Source: a virus (lineage: Duplodnaviria > Caudoviricetes). Taken from it: DNA of 64,000 nucleotides. Under the pieces are notes generated by a model. The model was not told the origin of the DNA, did no database searches, and saw nothing but the letters and a program-made list of their open reading frames with translations. The stretch is taken from positions 50,227-114,226 of IMG/VR virus record IMGVR_UViG_3300009095_000011. One strand, written 5' to 3'. Shown here piece after piece: positions 38,375-48,716 of this stretch (positions are counted from its first letter, which is position 1; every line of letters starts with the position of its first letter). A program made the translations under genes and the position numbers.

Positions 38375-40057
38375 TTATAATTCTAATGATGTATCGATTA
38401 TAACTCCATTGAATACTATCTTCGACAACGGATAATTCGGCTCGAATTGAAATGAAATGCGTATGGAATCTCCCACATATTGAGCAGTTATATTTCTATA
38501 ACTTAAAATTAAATTATCAGTTGTTTCACTAGCTGTCAATGTTGACAGATAAGTATCTGTAAAATTAATTGCATCTTCAATTGACAAAGTATTCCTGTTA
38601 ACTCCATTACTTTGTCCAAGCAAGGTTCTCTTAGCATTAATTTCTAAACCTTTAGATAAAGCACTTTTTATAGATTCTATAGAAATTTCATAACTTCTTC
38701 CTGTATCAGTAATGAAGAACTCATTATCTTGTAATGTATTGATTCCTTGCAATACAGTCCATGCTCCAAAATCAGTATCATAGATAGTACAAAGAACACC
38801 ACTGTTCTGTGCTTTTGTTTGATCTATTGTGTTAAGTAAATGTCTGTCTCCATCCATTCTCAATGACTTGAATGTCACAGGAACTTGTGGTGCATTGCCT
38901 GCTATTCTTCCAAGCACAAGAGCAGCTTTGTAAATTGAATCTCTGTCTTTAAAACCAGTAGCTCCTCTTCGTCTCAATTTACATCCGGCGTGAACTACTA
39001 TTACTCTTTCGCTACCATAGAATTGTGCTGTCTCTATTGAACTACCAGCACCACCACTTGATAAATCTCCATCTTCAAATGCAGTTTCGTCATTGCCACC
39101 TCCTACGAACATGAATTTTCTGTATTTGGCCTCATTGACTATATGAGAAAGTATTTTGCTGTTATCACTTGAGATCGCATCACCTGCATAATCAGTAGCA
39201 AGTACAAAGGTGTAGTCTAATTCACTAATGTTATCAAGTACTGTATCGAGATGGGTTGTTGAGTAAGTTTCTGTGCCACCTGTTGCGAGTGTATTGCCTG
39301 CATTAGATGTAAGATCAGCACTATTAACTAATCCTGTTCCAGATACACTACTATCTACTGCATCGTATTTGAAATATTGATTGTAAGTGAAATCACTTTT
39401 AGCCCATGCTATGAGGGTTGATATGTTTGTGAATTGAGGAGAGCTTACAAGCAGTCTTGGTTCAGTTGCAGTATCGGCAACGAAATCCCAAGGATCACCT
39501 TCTGAATCTGCTCCTTTATATGTTCCTACATAAAAATCAATAACAAATTGAGTGGGATCAAGAGTTGATGCTCTCATTACTCCTGCATATCCCCTTGTAA
39601 GGTTATTGTTTGCATCTTCAACACCATTTCCACAGGTTCCTTCATCTCTTACTTGAGATACAAAAGTACCACCATTTGCGCCACCTCCTGTAAATGTAAA
39701 TGAAATTTCAGCAGGAGTAGTTGCGGCAGCTTTAACAAAATGAATCATGGGAACTCCTGGCGCATTGCCTGCGCCTTGAGGTTGAAATAATGGTTCTCCA
39801 AGTAACCATAAAAGACTTCCTTTTACATGATTTCTATAATCTTGAAGTCTTTGGAAGCTATATATTGCATCTTTGCCTGATTTTAAAGTTCCCGCTATAC
39901 CTGAACCACCTGCATAGCCAGCACCTTTGCCAGTGTCTATGATTAGAACATTACCAAATGTAGCTGAAATAGGTGGGTTAGTGATTCCAGATGTAAAAGA
40001 AGTGTATACCCCTGGTAGAACTGTAGACTTATTATCGAAAATTAATTTTTGAGCCAA
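38375..40057 (-). CDS. Tail sheath protein
   Basis: LPGVY N-terminus, PVTFK, QGINTL, EISI; Herelleviridae-like. Confidence 0.85.
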   Translation of the reverse strand: MAQKLIFDNKSTVLPGVYTSFTSGITNPPISATFGNVLIIDTGKGAGYAGGSGIAGTLKSGKDAIYSFQRLQDYRNHVKGSLLWLLGEPLFQPQGAGNAPGVPMIHFVKAAATTPAEISFTFTGGGANGGTFVSQVRDEGTCGNGVEDANNNLTRGYAGVMRASTLDPTQFVIDFYVGTYKGADSEGDPWDFVADTATEPRLLVSSPQFTNISTLIAWAKSDFTYNQYFKYDAVDSSVSGTGLVNSADLTSNAGNTLATGGTETYSTTHLDTVLDNISELDYTFVLATDYAGDAISSDNSKILSHIVNEAKYRKFMFVGGGNDETAFEDGDLSSGGAGSSIETAQFYGSERVIVVHAGCKLRRRGATGFKDRDSIYKAALVLGRIAGNAPQVPVTFKSLRMDGDRHLLNTIDQTKAQNSGVLCTIYDTDFGAWTVLQGINTLQDNEFFITDTGRSYEISIESIKSALSKGLEINAKRTLLGQSNGVNRNTLSIEDAINFTDTYLSTLTASETTDNLILSYRNITAQYVGDSIRISFQFEPNYPLSKIVFNGVIIDTSLEL

Positions 40058-40282
40058 TGTGGTATATGCATGTGGATTTCTATGTTAACGATTTTAAGCA
40101 TATACAATTTTCAATTGTGTAAATATACAAATTTATTTATGAATAAAAAAAATTAATAGATTTTTTCATCATTGAATATCTTTTCCCACTGTTTAAGGGA
40201 TTTTTTTTGATCTGAAAACTTTTTCTCAACATAGGTTATGAGTCTTTTTGATCTTGCTAATGTTTTTAATGCCTGTTGTGCA

Positions 40283-40996
40283 CTAAGGGATTGAGATACT
40301 TTCACTTTGGTCATAATTTAAATTAATTTCATCACTCAATGTTGGTGTACCTTGAAATGTGATACTTTGGAACATTTGGTTTGCTGTAAAATCATCTACA
40401 TTTACTCTATAAGATGATGTAAATGTTATTGCTCTCATGAATATATGTTTTGGTACTATATCGCTGTGTATTTGTAAGTCTCTGCCTGATATTTTAGGAT
40501 TTTCAAGTCCCTCAAACATCACATGATTAAACAAGGGAATTAGAAGTGCTCTTAGTGTGTGATATATGAGAATTACTTCATTTCTGTTATCACTTGAGAT
40601 TACTATATTGTAATTGCTTGAAAATCCACGACCATAATTTTTAGTATATTCGAGATTATCATCATCATAAGTATAATCTGCTTCACCCTCATCTATTCCT
40701 AATCCATCTGCATAACCTGATTCTTCACTTGGAAGATTAATAAAGATTGAAGGTATCCCTGCAAGTTCATTATCAAACGAAGGTCTTATCCTTAGTTTGC
40801 GTGGATCATCATCTGTTTTGAGAAATACTGTCTGAGCTTGTGTATACATATCATAACGACCGTATGTAACACCATTCCAGAGCTTATATAGCATTGTTTT
40901 GGTCTTGTCGGTATTGTTACTCCAATTCGTCCTAATAAAGCTTAGAATCGCTTCTATTGAGTTCTGTAAGGTTACTTCTGGAATTATTAGAGGCAT
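40283..40996 (-). CDS. Tail completion/terminator-like protein
   Basis: Position before the sheath gene; PSIFINLPSE. Confidence 0.5.
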   Translation of the reverse strand: MPLIIPEVTLQNSIEAILSFIRTNWSNNTDKTKTMLYKLWNGVTYGRYDMYTQAQTVFLKTDDDPRKLRIRPSFDNELAGIPSIFINLPSEESGYADGLGIDEGEADYTYDDDNLEYTKNYGRGFSSNYNIVISSDNRNEVILIYHTLRALLIPLFNHVMFEGLENPKISGRDLQIHSDIVPKHIFMRAITFTSSYRVNVDDFTANQMFQSITFQGTPTLSDEINLNYDQSESISIP

Positions 40997-41047
40997 TGAT
41001 ATTATTTATAAAATCAATGTAAATATAGCTAAATATTGGGAGAAAAT

Positions 41048-41077
41048 AAAAAAAGCCTCAAAATTAATTGAGGCTTT
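41048..41077 (-). terminator. Intrinsic terminator, cassette copy 3
   Basis: AAAGCCTCAA-loop-TTGAGGCTTTTTTT. Confidence 0.8.
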
Positions 41078-41097
41078 GGTGAAAATATGATGGAAGT

Positions 41098-41304
41098 TTA
41101 TATTAAGATATATTTACCTTCATTAACTCCTTTGTGAAATCCCTTTATTGACATCCACCAAGTTGATTGTCTTCTATTTAGTAAACCTCTTGAAGTAGTT
41201 TTCCCATCTGTATAAATTACTCTTGTCTCAGTCACTTGAACAACTGTATTGATTGTTCCATAATCCGTTTTAAACTTCAAACCTGATTTTATTTCTGTTT
41301 TCAT
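41098..41304 (-). CDS. Hypothetical cassette cargo protein
   Basis: 68-aa ORF between the repeated promoter and terminator. Confidence 0.6.
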   Translation of the reverse strand: MKTEIKSGLKFKTDYGTINTVVQVTETRVIYTDGKTTSRGLLNRRQSTWWMSIKGFHKGVNEGKYILI

Positions 41305-41319
41305 CTCTTTATCTTTTAG

Positions 41320-41371
41320 TTAAACATCTAATTGATAGTATAAATATAAGAATTATATTTTAGATGTGCAA
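41320..41371 (-). promoter_or_regulatory. Repeated promoter + leader (copy 3)
   Basis: TTGCACATCTAAAATATAATTCTTATATTTA...ATTAGATGTTTAA. Confidence 0.75.
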
Positions 41372-41388
41372 CATTTTGAGGAAAAAGT

Positions 41389-42195
41389 TTATAATGAATT
41401 TAAAAAATTTTCTATCTGAGCATCTATAACATCAGGAAGAAATTGTTCTGTCTTAGTTAATCCCTTGCCAAAGAAATTGCCCTCCTCCATTCCAGGATGA
41501 ATCCAGCTATCAGGATCACTCTTATCACTCACACGTCTGAAACTCATATAACCTCGTGTTTGATTGGTTGATAAATCTTTGATCTTTACTACACCTTCGT
41601 ATTTACTTGTTTTTGATACATATTCCCTGAACAAGCGAGATGTGGGAGTTTCTGGTATTTCTTTGCGAATTGTTTTCTCCTGAAATTGTTGTGGTATTTC
41701 ATCTAACTTTAATCCTCTTGATCGCATTCCTCCACCTATTGGGATATTTGCTTCAAAGGATTTAATTTTAGCATGAACTTCTTGAGGCAATATTCCACTG
41801 AATACTTCTGATTCTCCTAATGAAGTTGGTGCGCCAAATCTAAAAGGAACTGTAAGATACCAACCTCCATTTTTTTTCTTTTTGGCCTTATCGCTTTTCT
41901 CAAAAGCCTCTTTCATATCGCGTGGTGGCGCACCCTCCTCAATCATTCTTACAAGAGGATCGTCATATCGTAATACTACTGCTCCCTTAGCTAATCCTTC
42001 ATCAACTACAATGAGATTTTGAAGGTATCTATTGCGAGTTTGTTTTAATGTTTTGGCAGCTTCATTATGCCAGTTTCGATATGCTTCGTAAGTTATAGCC
42101 TTAATGGTGTTATCGAGCAATCGTTCAATCTGTGATTTATTAAGATTGAACTCTTGACTTAATTCACTTGTGTCTATAACTATGGGATAAAACAT
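41389..42195 (-). CDS. Neck/head-tail joining protein
   Basis: MIEEGA..DMK, GGWYLTVPF, FRRVSDKSDPDSWIHPG; Herelleviridae-like. Confidence 0.65.
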   Translation of the reverse strand: MFYPIVIDTSELSQEFNLNKSQIERLLDNTIKAITYEAYRNWHNEAAKTLKQTRNRYLQNLIVVDEGLAKGAVVLRYDDPLVRMIEEGAPPRDMKEAFEKSDKAKKKKNGGWYLTVPFRFGAPTSLGESEVFSGILPQEVHAKIKSFEANIPIGGGMRSRGLKLDEIPQQFQEKTIRKEIPETPTSRLFREYVSKTSKYEGVVKIKDLSTNQTRGYMSFRRVSDKSDPDSWIHPGMEEGNFFGKGLTKTEQFLPDVIDAQIENFLNSL

Positions 42196-42287
42196 TTTAT
42201 TTTAATTTGAATTTTTATCTACTTCCTTCGACTACTACCCGGCCCCCTTTCTCATGTACTGGTCTTTAATGTTTTTTATCTACTTAA

Positions 42288-44159
42288 TTAATCTGCACTT
42301 TTCAACAATAATAATCCATAATAAGCAGGGACTGTCAATTGTTGCCCACTTACATCATTCCCATTAATATCCTCATATCCAGAAGGTGCTATTATAGTTG
42401 TTTCATTTCCTGTTTCGTTTGTATATAATTTGACATGCTCTTCGGCTACTGATTGATTCACGTATGTTAGCCAGTTTGATTTAGACACACTGTTTGTATC
42501 ATCTGAATATTCTGCTTGAAGTTGGGCAAAAGTTAAAGGTGTTCCTGATCTTCTGGCGACATTTGCAGAGTATGGAGATATGTAATAATTAAAATCATTT
42601 TGTGTGAAAATGCCCGTTCCTAAATCATTATCGTGACAAAAAATGTTTGATTTTTTCACAGAATATACGTTTCTTCTGTTAGTATTATCGCCCTGAGAAT
42701 ATATTGCAGAAGGTCCAAATTCATTATAAAGTATAGCCTGTCCATCATTCGAGCAAACTATATTATCCTCAATAATATGTTCTCTGGTATCATTATTAAT
42801 AAATATTTCTGCAAACCCAAAAGAATTAAAAAACACATTGTGATGAACGTGACACTGATAGCTGCGATTGTCTAAGTAGCACGACATGACTAGTCCTGTC
42901 TTACTGTTTGTGTTATATACTATGTTGTTACGAATTTCAGCTATTATACCATCGTTTTGATTTCTTGCCCTGAAAACGTATATCCCACCTCCATCACTGA
43001 GTAATTCACAAAAATCAGAAACAATATTTTTCTCAATTAAAACGCTGTCCCCAACATTTACGGAAATTCCATTATACGCCGTGTTGCTAATTCTATTATT
43101 GCTAATAGTTATATTTTGCCCATACAAACTATCATCATCAAAATCCAACTGAAATCTAATACCACAACCTTCTCCTGTGGATGTGTTGGATCCGTTAAAC
43201 AATACAGGATACGTCTGCCACCCTATATTTTCGCCCTTACCAATTCTGTTTATTTCGATGTTTTGTATCAAGCAATTAATTGGGGAGCTAAGCTGAATAC
43301 CATTATTTCCAACATCTTCAATAATCCCGTTTCTAATAGTCACCCCTGTTTTTTGATTAGGGATGAAAATTGCAGAATCTCTAATGTTGTTTGTTTTGAA
43401 ATTTTGCAATAAAAAATTATTCCCTGTGTTTTTTATCCCATGCTGATAGTAATTTTGGAAGTGAATTCCATCAATTTGAAATCCATTACCAGAATTATTC
43501 AATCCAATGTCGTAATCAATTTTCCTGATGTTTAGCCCCGAAGGATTTGACGGTGTTTTTACGTATAGCCTACCGTCTTCGTATGCCCATTCATTGTTTG
43601 AGGCTATAAATTCAAGTAGCCCAAACAATTTAAATCTACCTGATTCACTGTATGTTATGTCAGAATCTAATGTTAATGTTCCAGAACTGTAATTAATTAC
43701 AATGTGTTCTAATGAATATGAAAATGGACGATCTTCAGCAACAAGGGACGCGCCTATTATCGATGAATATTGAGAAATTGCACTAGAGTTAAACGATAAT
43801 TGATTACCAGACGGTTTGTCCGTGACTCCTATCCACGATGTCTCGGCCTGTTTTGCAAGTACGTCGTTAATTAATATCCATTTTGGTTTAGATGCGAATG
43901 GCGTTGAATAAATTCCATCTCCTTCATCTGTCCAAGTCGCTGTTGAGATGTCTGTTGATCCATCGAAAATAGCATAATCAGTTCCCCCATATATACCTAA
44001 TTCTAAATTAGAAATATTAAGTGTTTCATTAAATGAAAATTGTTGTCCTGATTTAAATAAATATGTCTTATTTGGCTGGAAAACAATATTATCTAAATCA
44101 TTTTGACTTGCTATACGAATAGCTTTTTTACTTATCAATATCACTGCTGGGATGCTCAT
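42288..44159 (-). CDS. Right-handed beta-helix (pectin-lyase-like) protein, possible depolymerase
   Basis: Repeated I.N..I..G..GI rungs, DGGGIY, YLDN. Confidence 0.7.
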   Translation of the reverse strand: MSIPAVILISKKAIRIASQNDLDNIVFQPNKTYLFKSGQQFSFNETLNISNLELGIYGGTDYAIFDGSTDISTATWTDEGDGIYSTPFASKPKWILINDVLAKQAETSWIGVTDKPSGNQLSFNSSAISQYSSIIGASLVAEDRPFSYSLEHIVINYSSGTLTLDSDITYSESGRFKLFGLLEFIASNNEWAYEDGRLYVKTPSNPSGLNIRKIDYDIGLNNSGNGFQIDGIHFQNYYQHGIKNTGNNFLLQNFKTNNIRDSAIFIPNQKTGVTIRNGIIEDVGNNGIQLSSPINCLIQNIEINRIGKGENIGWQTYPVLFNGSNTSTGEGCGIRFQLDFDDDSLYGQNITISNNRISNTAYNGISVNVGDSVLIEKNIVSDFCELLSDGGGIYVFRARNQNDGIIAEIRNNIVYNTNSKTGLVMSCYLDNRSYQCHVHHNVFFNSFGFAEIFINNDTREHIIEDNIVCSNDGQAILYNEFGPSAIYSQGDNTNRRNVYSVKKSNIFCHDNDLGTGIFTQNDFNYYISPYSANVARRSGTPLTFAQLQAEYSDDTNSVSKSNWLTYVNQSVAEEHVKLYTNETGNETTIIAPSGYEDINGNDVSGQQLTVPAYYGLLLLKSAD

Positions 44160-46510
44160 TATACCGGATATTGGGTTGAATAATCATTATTACTTACAAA
44201 GAAATCGTCAAACAGAGCTTTTGTTGCAGACGTGTCGGTAGTAGTCCCTCCTATGTACAAAAATGCAACTATAGATGATCCTAAATCAACATTTCCGGCT
44301 GTAGAAGTAAACTCTGTCCATGCTGATCCATTCCAGTATTCAAAAGTTACCACACCTGTCGAAGGAATATATTTTATTCTTGTGTCTTTGCCACTGGACA
44401 CCCCGGTATTTACATCAATTTCGTTAACTCCAGCATCTCTTATTAAGCATCTATAAGCACCTTTTGTAACCGTATCCCTCCCAATCATACACCTTTCATT
44501 CGTATCATATGGCATAGAGCTGATCCCAAACAACATACTGATAAAATCAGTTTCGGGCTGCGTTGTTTTAGCCTGGACAACGATTAAATCATTTGCGGAA
44601 GATTGAGCATTTTTTAAAAGTAGACCTTTTTCAGTCGAAGAAGCTCCTGTCGAATAAACTTCTAACCGTTGTCCTGTTTCGGCTATTACTACATTTGCAT
44701 CTGTTGATTGATCCCATATTAATGCATCTATAGAATTATCATTAAAATTGTCACTCACCAAAATTATACTGCCAGAAGTTGGTGTCGCGCTATCACTTCC
44801 AGGAAGCGAGTTGTTATACCCCAAAGCCGTGTTTATCAATCTGACATAGTAAGTTACTCCATTCGTCAATCCGGTTATTGTTCCGGTTTTTGTTGCGAAA
44901 TCATATCCAGTAACTGGAATTTCAGTTGAGAAATCAGAATTAGTATCATAAGTTAATATTCCGCCTGTTGCGGCGACATCTTCATTTGATATTTCGTAAT
45001 CAAGCTCTGTATCCCCCGGCGTAAGGGTAACCGTAGGTGTAGACAAGGTTGGTAAATCGATGGCTCCCACGCGATCCGAAAATGTCTCTACACCTGTTAA
45101 AGTTCCATCTGAAGGCGTTACGCTCGCTCGTATGTACTTGCCATTGTCAGAACTTTGAAGAACATAAGTACTTGAAGTTGCTCCGCTTATTTCAGCTTCG
45201 TTTGTTCCCCCTGAATCATCTGATCGGTACCACTTGAAAGTAGATCCTGATTCAGTCCCTCCATCGTTTGCGTTGTAGGTGTAGTTTAATGTCAAGGTTT
45301 CGCCTACTTCTTGTGTTCCGGTTATCGATAGAGAAGTCGCTGAAGGAACAACAGTTATTTTTCTAGTGAAAGATGATAAAATGAATTGATATTCCTCCGC
45401 TTCATATCCTATCCATAGTTTATATGTTCCCGCGCCAGGGGCAACTCCATCAGTAAAAGAATCTTCATATATTATTCCATTTTCAGGGATGGTTATTGTC
45501 TCCCCTGCTTCAAGTGTGATTTCAACTACCTGCCAAACTCCGTTTTTAGGAGTTCCTGAAAAAGTTAAAGTCACATCCCCAGATGGGTTATAAGCAGTAT
45601 AATACCCGTTTTGATCAACTACTATAGCGGCAGGGTTGAATGTTCCTAACGCAATTGAATTATCCGACTTCCCGCTCACGTCAACCCTCAAATCAATCTC
45701 TACACTTACCTCGTCGTCATCCGCGATAGTTCCTTTTTTCTCTAAGCAAGTTAAGTCAATATCGAAATACCCGGTTTCCGCTGTTTTGCCCGTACATTTG
45801 AACACCAAAAAGTTATCCTGGTCTTTGATTATTCTTATCAAAGAATTGCTCTCTAATTCATCTATAGCGTTACTTCTGTCTGCCCCGTCAGTGTCGGTAT
45901 TAGATAGAAATAACTTCGTAGCGGATTCGTGAGTAGCATTATTCAACCGCGCACAATTAGCTGTAGGAGGGGCAGTAGTTTCTATTTCAAATGTTCTTTT
46001 GCCTAAGCCGATTGAAGTTCCTGATGTTTTCCAATCAGTTCCAATTTCAGCATCTATTAATGCAATTATTGAGGTGCCACTTAATATTTCTTGTTTAGTT
46101 ACAACACGATAATCTGTAAGGTCTCCATTTGTGGTTCCAAGATATTCGTAATAAGCATAGCCACTTGTTATTGTGCTATCTCCACTTGCATCACTAACGA
46201 ATTGTAGCCCCTTATCAGTTTGATTGCCCTGTTCAGCAATCATTAGTGCTACTGTATCATAACGATTTTCTAAACCTCCACCTCCTTCACCAATTGCATT
46301 AAGATTTATTGTTGCAATAGTATTATTATCTCTTCGATAGAACCAGACATCATCTGCAACATTATGCGCCCACTCTCCTTTCATTATATCAGTTGATTTC
46401 CATCTATCATCAGATGGATCAATAGTTACAGGAGAGGGGATTGTAGGTACCTGACTTGGTTGAGTTAAAACTAAATGTTGAACTCTAATGTTTTTACCTA
46501 TCGATTGCAA
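44159..46510 (-). CDS. Multidomain fibre/decoration protein (Ig-like, FN3, lectin-like)
   Basis: SITG..EVGETLT..KWYR..TYVL..D.GKYIRASVTP Ig-like domain; GLTNGVTYYVR FN3; SDNFND C-terminal domain. Confidence 0.65.
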   Translation of the reverse strand: MQSIGKNIRVQHLVLTQPSQVPTIPSPVTIDPSDDRWKSTDIMKGEWAHNVADDVWFYRRDNNTIATINLNAIGEGGGGLENRYDTVALMIAEQGNQTDKGLQFVSDASGDSTITSGYAYYEYLGTTNGDLTDYRVVTKQEILSGTSIIALIDAEIGTDWKTSGTSIGLGKRTFEIETTAPPTANCARLNNATHESATKLFLSNTDTDGADRSNAIDELESNSLIRIIKDQDNFLVFKCTGKTAETGYFDIDLTCLEKKGTIADDDEVSVEIDLRVDVSGKSDNSIALGTFNPAAIVVDQNGYYTAYNPSGDVTLTFSGTPKNGVWQVVEITLEAGETITIPENGIIYEDSFTDGVAPGAGTYKLWIGYEAEEYQFILSSFTRKITVVPSATSLSITGTQEVGETLTLNYTYNANDGGTESGSTFKWYRSDDSGGTNEAEISGATSSTYVLQSSDNGKYIRASVTPSDGTLTGVETFSDRVGAIDLPTLSTPTVTLTPGDTELDYEISNEDVAATGGILTYDTNSDFSTEIPVTGYDFATKTGTITGLTNGVTYYVRLINTALGYNNSLPGSDSATPTSGSIILVSDNFNDNSIDALIWDQSTDANVVIAETGQRLEVYSTGASSTEKGLLLKNAQSSANDLIVVQAKTTQPETDFISMLFGISSMPYDTNERCMIGRDTVTKGAYRCLIRDAGVNEIDVNTGVSSGKDTRIKYIPSTGVVTFEYWNGSAWTEFTSTAGNVDLGSSIVAFLYIGGTTTDTSATKALFDDFFVSNNDYSTQYPV

Positions 46511-46524
46511 TTGATCTTATGTCG

Positions 46525-47487
46525 TTAGTTATATACGCTACTATTGGCAGTAATCGCGTATAGTGAATCTTCTACAAATAACAATTTGAATAGTTCCTCT
46601 AGTTGAGTTTGAGTTAATGTGTCAAAGATAGCACTTATTTCACTATTTTTGATAATTTTCTCAAATTTTGTTAGTTCATTTATTGTACAAGCAGATTGGA
46701 AACTATTATCAAAAACTCTATTGCCTACATAGTTTTCCTGATCTAATACATAATGCGATCTACGCGCTATTGCATGAATAGGAAATGTTAATTCTTCTAT
46801 CTGTCCAGTTGTCTTATTTACAACTGGACTATTCATTATATCACGTGGAATATCAATTACAAGAAATTGAGGTTTGTGTTTATATCTTACTGAAATTGTT
46901 GGATTAACAAGCGAATTGTATTGGTCATCAAGTACTATTCTGTTATACTGATATGTATAATCAGTGATGTTCTCAAGCAATTTGAGCTTATTTGTAGCAC
47001 CCTCAAATAAAAAGACAGCATCTATATTCTCTATATCGTAAAAAGTAAATGCAACAAGTTTATCGAAGGTATTTACTTCTATAATGGTCGGGTGTAGTAT
47101 TTGACTAAATTCACTTTGTCCATCAATCAAGGTAATGCGATCCATATATGATAATCGATCTACATCTCTTGCTGTCACTGAGGCTGTACCTATTCTTTCT
47201 TTACTCCATTCTTTATGTTGAGTGTCAACATTCATGGAGGTAATGATCATTCGCGTTTCTGTCTTATTTATGAACACATGACCACTACCACCGCAATTTT
47301 GACAAGAGGAAAGAGGTTGATTGCCATTAGTGTCATCTCCACATGGACAATTGATGTTTTGCTCATGATAAACCCTATATCCCTTTTGTTCAACTGCTGC
47401 ATCAAAGTCATTCTTTCTGAAATCAACTTGAGGTTGACTAAAAAGATTAGGTGCTTGTTGACGTGTTATAAGTTTATTTCTTGACAT
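46525..47487 (-). CDS. Head closure/neck protein
   Basis: CPC..C..C.GSG motif, DRITL; Herelleviridae-like synteny. Confidence 0.6.
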   Translation of the reverse strand: MSRNKLITRQQAPNLFSQPQVDFRKNDFDAAVEQKGYRVYHEQNINCPCGDDTNGNQPLSSCQNCGGSGHVFINKTETRMIITSMNVDTQHKEWSKERIGTASVTARDVDRLSYMDRITLIDGQSEFSQILHPTIIEVNTFDKLVAFTFYDIENIDAVFLFEGATNKLKLLENITDYTYQYNRIVLDDQYNSLVNPTISVRYKHKPQFLVIDIPRDIMNSPVVNKTTGQIEELTFPIHAIARRSHYVLDQENYVGNRVFDNSFQSACTINELTKFEKIIKNSEISAIFDTLTQTQLEELFKLLFVEDSLYAITANSSVYN

Positions 47488-48275
47488 TAAATTGCTGAGA
47501 ATGTTATTCCTTTATATCTACTCCTTAAATTTTGAAGTAATGGTTTTAAAATATTTCTGTACTCAACAATACGGGCACCATAACCAGAATTAGTTGCGCT
47601 ACTGGTCGAGCTGATACTTTGACTTAATCCATCTAATCCTAAACTAAGGCTAGCAATACCAGAGCCAATTATTAAGTCCCCAGCTATTGCAAACAAAGGT
47701 ATCGCTGCGAAGTACCCTATTGCTGCCAATATATCTTCTGGCACCTTAGTAAATCCAGTACAATAATTCACGTTCCAATAAAAAGGCACCTGTCTGTTAC
47801 CGAACCAACCTGCATGTGGGGTTATGCCATTAAATACTACCGCATTGCTTTGAATTGAACTTGTACCACCTGGAACTAAATATATATGTCTACTTAATCC
47901 TATCTCATCATTTGTTTGTCTTACACTTAGCCATTCTTGAGGATATTCTATTTGTTGTATTGTATTAATAAATCCTTTTAATGAAAATGCTTTTTTTACA
48001 GGATATGACACTCTCAGATAGCTCCAATTCTTAAAGTCATCTATTCTGTAGTCAAGTTTTTCTTCAATGATCTGAGGTGTTAATTTAATCTCAAGGAAGT
48101 TCTCTATCTCCTTTTGGGCATTTCTTATGTAGTATTCTTTTATGGAATTATCTATTTGCCCACCTGCTCCATTTTGAATGTTTACACCAAAAAAATATTT
48201 CTGATCCAATTCTTGTGGACTTAATACAAGATCGGTGTTTATTTTATAAGGAAGTGAGTAACTAAAAGTTGGCAT
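47487..48275 (-). CDS. Head-tail adaptor protein
   Basis: GIASLSLGLDGLSQSI..TSSATNSGYGARI. Confidence 0.65.
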   Translation of the reverse strand: MPTFSYSLPYKINTDLVLSPQELDQKYFFGVNIQNGAGGQIDNSIKEYYIRNAQKEIENFLEIKLTPQIIEEKLDYRIDDFKNWSYLRVSYPVKKAFSLKGFINTIQQIEYPQEWLSVRQTNDEIGLSRHIYLVPGGTSSIQSNAVVFNGITPHAGWFGNRQVPFYWNVNYCTGFTKVPEDILAAIGYFAAIPLFAIAGDLIIGSGIASLSLGLDGLSQSISSTSSATNSGYGARIVEYRNILKPLLQNLRSRYKGITFSAI

Positions 48276-48419
48276 TTATTTAAAAGAAAGCAGAGCAAAC
48301 ATAGCAGTTACGATTATGAACAATGGGAGTGAGTAGAATAAACTTATTAATACTATGAACCATGCTAAGATAAACAAAACATCTTTAAAGAATTGCCATA
48401 TCTTAGCATAGGTTATCAA
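48276..48419 (-). CDS. Small hydrophobic membrane protein (47 aa, TTG start)
   Basis: ..WQFFKDVLFILAWFIVLISLFYSLPLFIIVTAMFALLSFK; exactly fills the gap between neighbours. Confidence 0.4.
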   Translation of the reverse strand: MITYAKIWQFFKDVLFILAWFIVLISLFYSLPLFIIVTAMFALLSFK

Positions 48420-48716
48420 TTAAATTTGCATTTCATAATTAATAACAGATGATTTTGAATCAAACATTATTTCTCTATTTGTAGTAATAGATGATCCACA
48501 ATATACATCTCCAACATAATATGGTCTATTAGGCCAATAATCGTTTTTATTTATAACAATAGGGGAAGTCCAATTGTAAATAATTGTATTTGTTTCAAGT
48601 GAATATTTCTTCCAATCATTGGGGAGCAATTGTTTAATTACTTTCATTATATCGGTAATCTTATAGACTCCTTCTATTTTAATTACCTTATTGTCAGTAT
48701 CTATTTGAATTTTCAT
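48420..48716 (-). CDS. Hypothetical protein
   Basis: 98-aa ORF. Confidence 0.55.
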   Translation of the reverse strand: MKIQIDTDNKVIKIEGVYKITDIMKVIKQLLPNDWKKYSLETNTIIYNWTSPIVINKNDYWPNRPYYVGDVYCGSSITTNREIMFDSKSSVINYEMQI

